DNA of 64,000 nt from Candidatus Poseidoniales archaeon (GTDB lineage Archaea > Thermoplasmatota > Poseidoniia > Poseidoniales > Poseidoniaceae), in assembly GCA_038116375.1 (NCBI GenBank), contig JAYNUQ010000007.1, forward strand, positions 1,093 through 65,092, given 5' to 3'. Below the pieces are notes generated by a model, which saw only the letters and a list, made by a program, of their open reading frames with translations, made no database searches and was not told where the DNA came from. The position numbers were made by a program, and so were the translations under genes. Each line of letters opens with the position of its first letter. The stretch's first letter is position 1. Below are positions 28,421-36,630 of this stretch, piece after piece.

Positions 28421-28801
28421 TCAATCGTCCTTGGACGCTTCGCCTTCCTTGGCGGCGAGTTCGGCCCGAACCTCGTCCATATCGAGGCCTTGAAGTTGCT
28501 CAACCAAATCACGAAGCGCGTCTTCAGGAATGGCGCCCGGTTGCATGAAAACGCCAATGCCTTCCTTGAAGGCAATCGTGGTGGGAATGGAGCGGATACC
28601 GAACATCCCTGCGAGGGCTTGCTGTTCCTCGGTGTCGATCTTGCCGAAAACAACCTCGGGGAAGTCGTTGGACACGCGCTCGTAAACGGGGCCGTAGGCC
28701 TTGCAGGGTCCGCACCACTCGGCCCAAAAGTCGAGAATCACGAGTTGGTTGTTTTCTATGGTCTCGGCGAACATGGGCTCGCTGATTTCGAGGGTGGGCA
28801 T
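28421..28801 (-). CDS. trxA: Thioredoxin
   Basis: WAEWCGPCKAYGP active site within a 126-aa thioredoxin fold. Confidence 0.93.
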   Translation of the reverse strand: MPTLEISEPMFAETIENNQLVILDFWAEWCGPCKAYGPVYERVSNDFPEVVFGKIDTEEQQALAGMFGIRSIPTTIAFKEGIGVFMQPGAIPEDALRDLVEQLQGLDMDEVRAELAAKEGEASKDD

Positions 28802-28892
28802 GAGAAAGCCTCACCTCCACCCTTATTGAAGGCATGTGAAACCCTGCACGCCTCATAGAGGGGCTTATGTGCCGAGATTTGTTCCAACGACC

Positions 28893-31433
28893 ATGCGCAG
28901 ACCCGTGGCTCTCGCCCTTCTGATTGTCGTCCTCTTCGTTGGCCAAAGCACGGGGGGCGTTCTCTCCGTGGCCAGTGCAGAAGCAAACGAAACCGCTGCT
29001 CGAGGAGCGAGTGATGTGCGCATCACCGAAATTCTTGTTTCGGCCTCTTCCGAAGAGTACAACGGCACCGACTGGAACAACGACGGCGACATCGGTTCGA
29101 CCTCCGACCAATTCATTGAACTTTGGAATTCGGGCAACGAACCGGTCGATGTCTCCGATTGGTTGCTGGACGACGTGACCGGTGGCGGCTCTGCTCCCTG
29201 TCGGCTTGCATGGAACACCACCATTCAACCCGATGAGTACATCGTGATTTTCCGCGACAGTTCACGCATCGAACTCGATTATTGGGACGGCGACACCGCA
29301 ACGATTTCCGACAGCTTCGGCAACGTCATCGACACCCTCTCGTTCCCCGAAGAGGACTCATGGTGGGACACCTCGTACGTGAAGGATGCCGACGGCTCGG
29401 TTTCCAAGGTCTCACCGCCCACACCCGGATGGGGCGACGATTCCACCTACTCGGTGGCGCAGAACATGATTCGATGCTACGGCTTGAACGACAACGTCCA
29501 CGAGGGCGCTTACGTGCTCAAGGGACGAATTGTGCCCATGACGGGAGAGGCAGATGTCATCAACGAGGGACACATTCTTGTCAAAGACGGCATGATTGAA
29601 GCCGTATGGGAAAACGATGTACCCTCCAACATCCAACTCACCAACGTACCGATCCTTGAAACGAACGGCACGATTTACCCGGGTCTGCTCGATTTGCACA
29701 ACCATCTCCACTACAATCAAGCACCGCTGTGGGACATGACACCTCACCTATCGGAAAACAATCGAAACGCATGGGGTGGCTACAACAACCGCTACGAATG
29801 GAAAAATCACCCCGACTACAGCGAGCAGGTCACCAAGCCCAAGATGCTGGTGCATTCTGGCCCCTACTGGAACATGGAATCGCAGGCGATGAAGTACATC
29901 GAAATGAAGTCACTCGTCGGTGGGGCGACGGCAGCCCAAGGCGGCCCGAGCAACCCCGACGACAGTTATGCCACCGTTCTCTCGAGGAACATCGAAGACT
30001 ACAATTTCGGCAGGGATGAGATTCACACCAAGGTGACCGAACTCACCTCGGATTACGTCGGCAACCACATCAAAACAGGAAACGCCAGCGGGGAACTCGA
30101 TGCCTGGTTCATCCACATCGCCGAGGGCGTAGATGAGCGCAGCCGAGCAGAGTTTGACATTCTCGTCCAAAACAACCTCCTCGTGGGTGAACTTGTGCTC
30201 ATCCACGGCGTGGCCCTTGGTCAACAGGAATTCACACAGATGGCCAACGTGGGGGCGACCTTGGTTTGGTCGCCGCTCTCCAACCTTCTCCTCTACGGCC
30301 AGACCGCCGACATCGCTGCAGCCAAGGCCGCTGGCGTACACATTGCGCTCGCACCCGACTGGGCACCCTCCGGTTCCAAATCTCCCCTGCACGAACTGAA
30401 GGTCGCCGACCTCTGGGACGACGAGATGCTGGGCGACATCTTCACCGATTACGAATTGGTTGAGATGGTCACCTCAAGCGCAGCCCTCGCCACCAATTGG
30501 GACAACGAAGTCGGAACCCTTGAGGCGGGTAAAGTCGCTGATTTGGTCGTGGTCGACAACATCGATGCCAACCCCTATCGGAACCTCATCAACGCCGTTG
30601 ACCCCGACGTGCGTCTGACCGTGGTTGGCGGGTTGGCCGTCTACGGCGACGAAGACATCATGCGGGGCTTGAAGGGTGATGACATTGAACCCGCTGGCAA
30701 GTTTGGAAAGGTCGTGGACGTCACCTACCTCGCCGCCCCCGACGGTGCTCAATCATGGAGCAGCATCGTTGAAAATTTGACCATGGCCATGCGCTTTGAC
30801 GTGGAAGAAATGACCGCAGCCTTCGGCGACGCCAACGACTTTGACAGCGTCACCCGAGGCATGACCAACGTGGGCCTTGACCCGTGGTACACCTACGGCG
30901 ACGAACGCTATTTCAACGTCCTGAACAACTCGGGAACGGCCAATTTCCAATGGGACATGTCCTTGCTGTACGACCGGTATTACGACCGAGCCGAGACCTT
31001 GGACGCCGTAGCAGAACTCGAAATCGTTGAAGAGACGGCACCCGAACCCTGTGAGGACGGCACACAACCTCCCTGTGAAACCAGCGACGGCACCACCGGA
31101 ACAAACGACGATACGACCGAAACCAACGACGACACCACCGACACGACCACGGAACCCGACACCAATCAGAACAACGACGATGTCGGCACACCCGTGGACA
31201 CCTCCCAAGCGGAAGAGGACAATCTGGAAGACCAGGCACTCCTCCTCTTCTTCGCTTTGATCGCCATGATGTTGGCCGCATTGTATTTTGTTTCTCGAGG
31301 CGGCGAGGATGCCTTGGCCGCTGAAGTTCAAATCGAAAAGATGTGGGACGAGCAAGAAGCCGAGGCTGCGTCGTCCGCCGGTTTCGTACCTACCCCGCCG
31401 CCCATGGCACCGCCAGGCAATGAAAACGAGTGA
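28893..31433 (+). CDS. Membrane-anchored ecto-enzyme: signal peptide, lamin-tail domain (LTD), metal-dependent amidohydrolase domain, Thr/Asp-rich stalk, TM and short cytoplasmic tail
   Basis: Start MRRPVALALLIVVLFVGQS. LTD motif VRITEIL...DQFIELWNSGNEPVDVSDWLL. Amidohydrolase HxH motif GLLDLHNHLHY, later HGV and APDW. Stalk GTTGTNDDTTETNDDTTDTTTEPDT. TM ALLLFFALIAMMLAALYFV. The tail ends PTPPPMAPPGNENE. Confidence 0.8.
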   Translation: MRRPVALALLIVVLFVGQSTGGVLSVASAEANETAARGASDVRITEILVSASSEEYNGTDWNNDGDIGSTSDQFIELWNSGNEPVDVSDWLLDDVTGGGSAPCRLAWNTTIQPDEYIVIFRDSSRIELDYWDGDTATISDSFGNVIDTLSFPEEDSWWDTSYVKDADGSVSKVSPPTPGWGDDSTYSVAQNMIRCYGLNDNVHEGAYVLKGRIVPMTGEADVINEGHILVKDGMIEAVWENDVPSNIQLTNVPILETNGTIYPGLLDLHNHLHYNQAPLWDMTPHLSENNRNAWGGYNNRYEWKNHPDYSEQVTKPKMLVHSGPYWNMESQAMKYIEMKSLVGGATAAQGGPSNPDDSYATVLSRNIEDYNFGRDEIHTKVTELTSDYVGNHIKTGNASGELDAWFIHIAEGVDERSRAEFDILVQNNLLVGELVLIHGVALGQQEFTQMANVGATLVWSPLSNLLLYGQTADIAAAKAAGVHIALAPDWAPSGSKSPLHELKVADLWDDEMLGDIFTDYELVEMVTSSAALATNWDNEVGTLEAGKVADLVVVDNIDANPYRNLINAVDPDVRLTVVGGLAVYGDEDIMRGLKGDDIEPAGKFGKVVDVTYLAAPDGAQSWSSIVENLTMAMRFDVEEMTAAFGDANDFDSVTRGMTNVGLDPWYTYGDERYFNVLNNSGTANFQWDMSLLYDRYYDRAETLDAVAELEIVEETAPEPCEDGTQPPCETSDGTTGTNDDTTETNDDTTDTTTEPDTNQNNDDVGTPVDTSQAEEDNLEDQALLLFFALIAMMLAALYFVSRGGEDALAAEVQIEKMWDEQEAEAASSAGFVPTPPPMAPPGNENE

Positions 31434-32930
31434 TCAGGCGAGGTCCCATTCGGGCCCGCTGGCCGTGTCGGTTACCACCACACCCAACGCATTGAGTTGA
31501 TCTCGGATTTGGTCAGCAAGCCCCCAATCTTTGTTTGCCCTGGCCTCACCACGTTGCAGCAGAAGCGTCTCGACTTCATCGGCGATTTCCGCTTTTCGAG
31601 GGTCCTCTTCCGGCTCAGCCAACGCCACGTCTTGAGGAGGGAGCACGCCCAACACTCGACCGGCCGTTTCCTCGAGCAGGTCAACGGCGTAATGCGCAAA
31701 CGCATTGCGGTCGGCCGCTTCCATCTCCGTGTTCAGCACCTTCGTAATCTCTCGAACCATACCGAGGACCTTGGCAACGGCTTCCCTGGAGTTGAAATCA
31801 TCGTCCATCGCCATGGCAAAACCCTCTCCCATTTTCTCGAGCAGCCCAAGGGAGCGAGCGAGGGGTAACGCCGAGGCGACATCAGGTTGAGGAAGGGTGA
31901 CGGGAGAAGGGTGTATTCGCGCCTTGAGGGCTCCGACATAGCACGACAATAATCGGTTGTAATTTCGTTCTGCGTCGTTGAGCAACGCCTCGTTCATGTC
32001 GATGGGTGAACGGTAGTGCGCGTTGATGAGGGCAAAGCGGAGCACCATGGCGTCAACCTGGGCCAGTATGTCTCGGATGGTCCAAAAATTATCCAGGGAT
32101 TTGCTCATCTTCTCGCCGTCGATGTTGACAAAGCCGTTGTGCAACCAGTGATGAACAACGGGAGAATGACCGGTGTGGCATTCTCCTTGGAAAATTTCAG
32201 CCTCGTGATGAGGGAAACGAAGATCGTGACCTCCTCCATGAATGTCAAATTCCTTGTCAAAATGGTCGAGGGACATCGCCGTACACTCGATGTGCCATCC
32301 CGGTCGACCCGGCCCCCACGGCGATTCCCACGTTGGTTCACCTGGTTTTGCCGCTTTCCAGAGTGCGAAGTCCTTGTGGTCCCGCTTGCCCGAGCCCGTG
32401 TCCTCAACGCGCCCTCCGGCACCCGAACGCACGGCATCGATGGATTGGCCCGTCAGCTGACCGTACTTTTCGGGAGCAGATTCAACGTGGAAGTAGACAC
32501 CGTCGTTCGCCTTGTACGCGTGACCTTTGTCGATGAGGTCTTGCGTGATTCGAATCATGTCGTCAACGTATTCCGTGCATCGGGGATAGACATCGGCCCT
32601 CAGGATGTTCAAGGCGTCCATGTCCTCGTAATAGGCCTCGATGTTTTGCTCGACCAAGGACTGCCAGTCTCCATCGAGTTCGTTTGCTCGGTGAATGATT
32701 TTGTCGTCAATATCGGTGAAATTTTGCACATAGTGGACATCGTAGCCGCTTGCTTCGAGCCAACGGTGAATCAAATCGAACGCCAGGTAGCACCGAGCAT
32801 GGCCGAGGTGACAACGGTCGTACACGGTAACGCCACAAACGTACATGGACACTTTTCCGGGTTCGAGGGTGGTGAAATTCACCTTTTCGCGTCGTCGGGT
32901 GTCGTGCAAGCGAATGGGCATGGGCTTCAT
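31434..32930 (-). CDS. cysS: Cysteinyl-tRNA synthetase
   Basis: MYVCGVTVYDRCHLGHARCY gives the HIGH region and GEKMSKSLDN the KMSKS motif. 498 aa. Confidence 0.96.
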   Translation of the reverse strand: MKPMPIRLHDTRRREKVNFTTLEPGKVSMYVCGVTVYDRCHLGHARCYLAFDLIHRWLEASGYDVHYVQNFTDIDDKIIHRANELDGDWQSLVEQNIEAYYEDMDALNILRADVYPRCTEYVDDMIRITQDLIDKGHAYKANDGVYFHVESAPEKYGQLTGQSIDAVRSGAGGRVEDTGSGKRDHKDFALWKAAKPGEPTWESPWGPGRPGWHIECTAMSLDHFDKEFDIHGGGHDLRFPHHEAEIFQGECHTGHSPVVHHWLHNGFVNIDGEKMSKSLDNFWTIRDILAQVDAMVLRFALINAHYRSPIDMNEALLNDAERNYNRLLSCYVGALKARIHPSPVTLPQPDVASALPLARSLGLLEKMGEGFAMAMDDDFNSREAVAKVLGMVREITKVLNTEMEAADRNAFAHYAVDLLEETAGRVLGVLPPQDVALAEPEEDPRKAEIADEVETLLLQRGEARANKDWGLADQIRDQLNALGVVVTDTASGPEWDLA

Positions 32931-32989
32931 TTCCCGCTGCGAGGGGTTGCACTTGAAGGTTCATACGGGACGCGCCCGTCAGGCGGTCT

Positions 32990-34009
32990 ATGGAGGAGAA
33001 GGGACGTCAGCGAATCTTTGTCACGGGCGTCAACGGCCACATCGGCAACCACATCGTCCGCGACCTGCTCGAACACGGCTACCTCGTTCGAGGGTCTGTT
33101 CGCAACCTCAACGACGCCACCAAAACCGATCATGTCGCTGCGCATGCTGTTGAACTCGGCCTCGAAGACCGGTTGGAACTGGTTGAAGGCGATGTACTGG
33201 AGGCCGACGGTTGGAGCGAGTTGCTGAAGGGGTGCGACGGATTGTTTCACACCGCCACCGTGTATTCGACCCGCGAAACGGCGACCACCATTCTGGACAC
33301 GGCCAACAAAGGGACGACCCACCTGCTCCATGCCGCCGCAGAAGCGGGCATCCGTCGTGTCATCTACACCTCGAGCACCGCCGCCGTTGGCACGTCTCCG
33401 AAAGGAACCAGAAAAGACGAGTCGGTCTGGAACACCGATACATCGCTGCCCTATACCACCGCCAAAACCCAATCGGAACGACTGGCGTGGAGTCTTGCGG
33501 AAGAATTGGGATTGGACCTTCGGGTGATCAACCCCACCGCCGTGCTTGGAGGAGGGTTCGTTCGGCCGACACCCAGCGTGGATTTCTTCCAGGACGCCAT
33601 CTCAGGCAGCTACCCTGTGGTACCAAAGTTTCCCATGTCGGTGGTCCACGTTCGAGATGTTGCGAAAGCGCACCGTCGTGCCTATGAAGTGGACGAGGCC
33701 GAGGGGCGGTTCATCTTAGCACCCCACGCCAACATCACGCTGGCCACCATTTGCAAACGCATTCGGACACTCAACCCAACCACCAAGGCGCCCAAGTACA
33801 GCCTTCCCAACGCCCTCGTTCCGCTGGCGGTGTTCCAAGACTGGTTGGGCGGGAAGTTCGGTCGTCAACGCTACCTCACCCGAGCCGTGGCAAAGAACAT
33901 GATGGGCGGTGACACCGACTACTCAAGTGCCAAAGCAGAGAAGGTTCTGGGCTTGGAATGGGAGGACTTTGATACGTGCATCCAAGATACGGTCGACGTC
34001 TTCCTTTGA
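32990..34009 (+). CDS. NAD(P)-dependent epimerase/dehydratase family oxidoreductase (extended SDR, aldehyde/flavonol-reductase-like)
   Basis: Rossmann motif IFVTGVNGHIGNHIVRDLL and catalytic YTTAK (YxxxK). 339 aa. Confidence 0.85.
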   Translation: MEEKGRQRIFVTGVNGHIGNHIVRDLLEHGYLVRGSVRNLNDATKTDHVAAHAVELGLEDRLELVEGDVLEADGWSELLKGCDGLFHTATVYSTRETATTILDTANKGTTHLLHAAAEAGIRRVIYTSSTAAVGTSPKGTRKDESVWNTDTSLPYTTAKTQSERLAWSLAEELGLDLRVINPTAVLGGGFVRPTPSVDFFQDAISGSYPVVPKFPMSVVHVRDVAKAHRRAYEVDEAEGRFILAPHANITLATICKRIRTLNPTTKAPKYSLPNALVPLAVFQDWLGGKFGRQRYLTRAVAKNMMGGDTDYSSAKAEKVLGLEWEDFDTCIQDTVDVFL

Positions 34010-34680
34010 CCCACGACCAGGGGCTGCTTGTGGCTCAAGCCAGTTATCTCGTACCAACCATCACCATCGTGGTGGCCATGTTCCTTCACGCGCTTGCCGG
34101 TCCTCGGGCCGTACCGTTCTTCATCTCAGAAGCCGATTTCACGGGTTTGGACGGTGTGGTGTTCACCGTTGGGTTGACCGTTGGGGGGTTGGCACAAATG
34201 ATCTACGCGTGGCATCTGTATCACACGCTTGATTCACAACGCCCTCGCCTTTGGTTCTTGGCCACGCTCACGGGCCTGCTCGCATCCTCAAATTCCATCT
34301 TGGTGAGCCATTATGACATGTATCAACACGTCAACCCTCACATTCTCACGGCGATGTTGGCCTTTGGGGGCGGGGTCCTCTGGGCTTTTTTGGCGAGTCT
34401 TGCACTCGGCCACCGAGCCACCGCCGAAGGAAAGCGTCTGCGAAACCTTGGGTTCGCGATGGCCGCCGTCGGTTTTGTGGTCATGGTCGTCGCCTTTCAA
34501 TCCGCAGCAAACGAGGTTGACCCGACGGGGATGACCACCGTTGAATTCCTCAACCAAGCGCAAGACGGCATTCGAATTGCAGCCCCAGCAGAATACGTTC
34601 TGGTTGGTGGCCTGATGCTGTGTTTGGCCTCTTTCAAACACGAACTCTCCGCAGCGAAGGCAGCACCACAACAGTCTTAA
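33976..34680 (+). CDS. Polytopic membrane protein, Frag1/DRAM/Sfk1-like (about 6 TM)
   Basis: Several hydrophobic helices, with an FFISEADF motif after TM1 resembling the P.ISD motif of that family. The start is uncertain: GTG 33976 (GGGAGG 11 nt upstream, 34-nt overlap with the previous gene) or GTG 34030. Confidence 0.6.
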   Translation: MHPRYGRRLPLTHDQGLLVAQASYLVPTITIVVAMFLHALAGPRAVPFFISEADFTGLDGVVFTVGLTVGGLAQMIYAWHLYHTLDSQRPRLWFLATLTGLLASSNSILVSHYDMYQHVNPHILTAMLAFGGGVLWAFLASLALGHRATAEGKRLRNLGFAMAAVGFVVMVVAFQSAANEVDPTGMTTVEFLNQAQDGIRIAAPAEYVLVGGLMLCLASFKHELSAAKAAPQQS

Positions 34681-34704
34681 GCAACAGGATGTGCAGTCGT
34701 GAAC

Positions 34705-35274
34705 ATGATGCGATGGACAAGCGTTTTGCTGTGCATCAGCCTCGTCTTCGCAGGGTGCATCTCAAAGGAAACCGTACCCGAACTTCCGGAGGAACAGACA
34801 GAATCCCCTGTTGCCGTGGTCTTTCCCGCATGGATTGGCGTGGACCACACCAACACTTCACGCTCGTTGAATCATTTTGACAACATGTCCTACCTCGCTT
34901 ATTTTTCCGCTCCGTGGTGCGCTCATTGCGAGTCGACGTTGAACGCCTACGACCTCGTCGTCCCGGAAGAGAGGTTGGTGGTGTTTTCACGAGAATCCCG
35001 AGAAGAATATGCCAACATGAGCGAGTGGCACAACACCACCGAGCAGAATCTCAACCGCACCTTCAATCGCCCGTTCATCCTTCATCCCGACTTGGCCATG
35101 GAGGTCGAAGCAAAATCCATTCCCCACGCCGTGTTCGTCAATCAACAGGGGTACGTTTACCACGTGGAGATTGGGAAGGAAACCAATCAAACCTACATCG
35201 CCGACCTTTGGAACGCAGTCTCCAGCGCGACCTTCTCACCCGAAACGGGATGGAACACCACCGCCGCAGCGTAG
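34705..35274 (+). CDS. Thioredoxin-fold thiol-disulfide oxidoreductase (TlpA/ResA-like), predicted lipoprotein
   Basis: Start MMRWTSVLLCISLVFAGCIS carries a lipobox. Redox motif FSAPWCAHCE (CxxC). The conserved cis-Pro region motif is SIPHAVFV. Confidence 0.75.
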   Translation: MMRWTSVLLCISLVFAGCISKETVPELPEEQTESPVAVVFPAWIGVDHTNTSRSLNHFDNMSYLAYFSAPWCAHCESTLNAYDLVVPEERLVVFSRESREEYANMSEWHNTTEQNLNRTFNRPFILHPDLAMEVEAKSIPHAVFVNQQGYVYHVEIGKETNQTYIADLWNAVSSATFSPETGWNTTAAA

Positions 35275-35276
35275 AA

Positions 35277-35585
35277 TCAAGCCTTCCGCAGGGCAAGAAT
35301 CTCAGAAGGCACGGTGTAGGTGTATCGAACCTCTGGACCTTCCAATCGAAGAAAAGTCAGGGCGTCGTCAAAGAACACGGTCGTGAAGGACGACTCCACG
35401 GAATGAAGCGGCATGTTGGCCAAGAGGCGGCCTTGACGGTCCAGACTGATGCCGGTGGAAACAGCTGGAGGTTCGGAACGAAAGGCCAACAGGGTTTCAC
35501 TCGTCGACACGACGCCCAAACCACGGAACATCTCGCCAAAGCGGTTGACGATCAACGCCCAATCACGCTCAAGATTCAACGCCAC
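35277..35585 (-). CDS. Hypothetical protein (102 aa). Weak, unverified resemblance to roadblock/LC7-type small alpha-beta proteins.
   Basis: It is the only plausible ORF filling the gap downstream of mutY on the same strand. The overlapping plus-strand ORF is Arg-rich junk. Function not established. Confidence 0.4.
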   Translation of the reverse strand: MALNLERDWALIVNRFGEMFRGLGVVSTSETLLAFRSEPPAVSTGISLDRQGRLLANMPLHSVESSFTTVFFDDALTFLRLEGPEVRYTYTVPSEILALRKA

Positions 35586-35640
35586 AACCCTCGCTTCAAG
35601 CGGTGCCGCTTAGGCCTTTGCACCCGATGGAGCTGAAGCG

Positions 35641-36621
35641 CTATCCCTCTCTGAATTTCGCTGCGAGGTCAAGCACCTTCTCATCGAGGGTTGAGAGCGC
35701 AACGTCGCTACGGGGCGTTCCGTGCGTTGCCGTGCTGTCCTGTTTCAGGTAAACGCAAACCTTGATGTTGCGATGGCTCAACTTGTGATGGACGGTACCG
35801 CAGTTTTGCCACCCATCACCATCAGCGGACTCGTCCTCGTTGTATTCTGGCCCCCAAAGGCCAGCAAACATTCCCGACATGGGGCGTTGATGCAGGACAG
35901 GGTGGCCATCCCGAGCGATGTCCACAAGCGCCGTCAAGGTGAGGTGCGACACCTTCTGCTTCTTTGGAGTTGGATAGGAACCCGGGCTGGTTGTTCCAGA
36001 GCATGAGCGTCGTAGAGGGCATGCGTTGCATCCCCAACGTTTCGGCGTGCACACCGTTGCACCAAGTTCCATCAACGCCTGGTTCCAATCGCCTGGCCTT
36101 TGGGCGTGCATGGAAACGTCAGCCCATGCTTGGACCTGCTTTGGCGTGGGGTCGGCTTGCGCAGTGTGCCGAGCCATGACCCGGCGGATGTTGCCGTCAA
36201 CACAGGCCACCGGTTCGCCAAAGGCAATGCTGGCCACGGCCGCAGCGGTGTAGGGGCCGATGCCCGGCAACGCCAGCAGTTCATCGTACGTTGAAGGCAA
36301 GCGGCCGTCAAATCCTCCCTCGGCCTTTGGCAACATCACCCGCAGACTGAGAGCGTGAAGGCGACGAGCACGGCTGTAGTAGCCCGCGCCCTCCCACGCC
36401 TTGAGCACCGAATCAACCGAAGCTTCGGCCATGGAAGCGACCGTCGGGAAGGTCTCCACCATGCGCTGCCAGTACACGAGGCCGCGACTGACCTGAGTTT
36501 GCTGCAGCAAAATCTCGCTGAGAAGAATGGCCCACGGATCGGAGGTTTGCCGCCACGGCAGGTCGCGTTGATGCTCGTCGTACCATGCAAGGAGCGCCTG
36601 CTGGTCATCCTCGGACAGCAC
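35641..36621 (-). CDS. mutY: A/G-specific adenine DNA glycosylase
   Basis: LPWRQTSDPWAILLSEILLQQTQV; HhH-GPD motif LPGIGPYTAAAVASIAF...VDGNIRRV; Fe-S cluster loop CTPKRWGCNACPLRRSC; C-terminal NUDIX-like domain. GTG start at 36621. Confidence 0.9.
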   Translation of the reverse strand: MLSEDDQQALLAWYDEHQRDLPWRQTSDPWAILLSEILLQQTQVSRGLVYWQRMVETFPTVASMAEASVDSVLKAWEGAGYYSRARRLHALSLRVMLPKAEGGFDGRLPSTYDELLALPGIGPYTAAAVASIAFGEPVACVDGNIRRVMARHTAQADPTPKQVQAWADVSMHAQRPGDWNQALMELGATVCTPKRWGCNACPLRRSCSGTTSPGSYPTPKKQKVSHLTLTALVDIARDGHPVLHQRPMSGMFAGLWGPEYNEDESADGDGWQNCGTVHHKLSHRNIKVCVYLKQDSTATHGTPRSDVALSTLDEKVLDLAAKFREG

Positions 36622-36630
36622 GCCTCAACC

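Noticed and set aside
31080-31200. Apparent short tandem repeat in the DNA (ACCAACGACGAC-like units)
   Set aside because: It is an imperfect codon-level repetition encoding the Thr/Asp-rich stalk (TNDDTTETNDDTTDTTTE) of the amidohydrolase. It is not a CRISPR array or a non-coding repeat.
32016-33227. 403-aa plus-strand ORF opposite cysS, running into the SDR gene
   Set aside because: It is antisense to cysS (HIGH/KMSKS are present on the minus strand) and out of frame with the SDR gene. The sequence is Arg/Val-rich junk.
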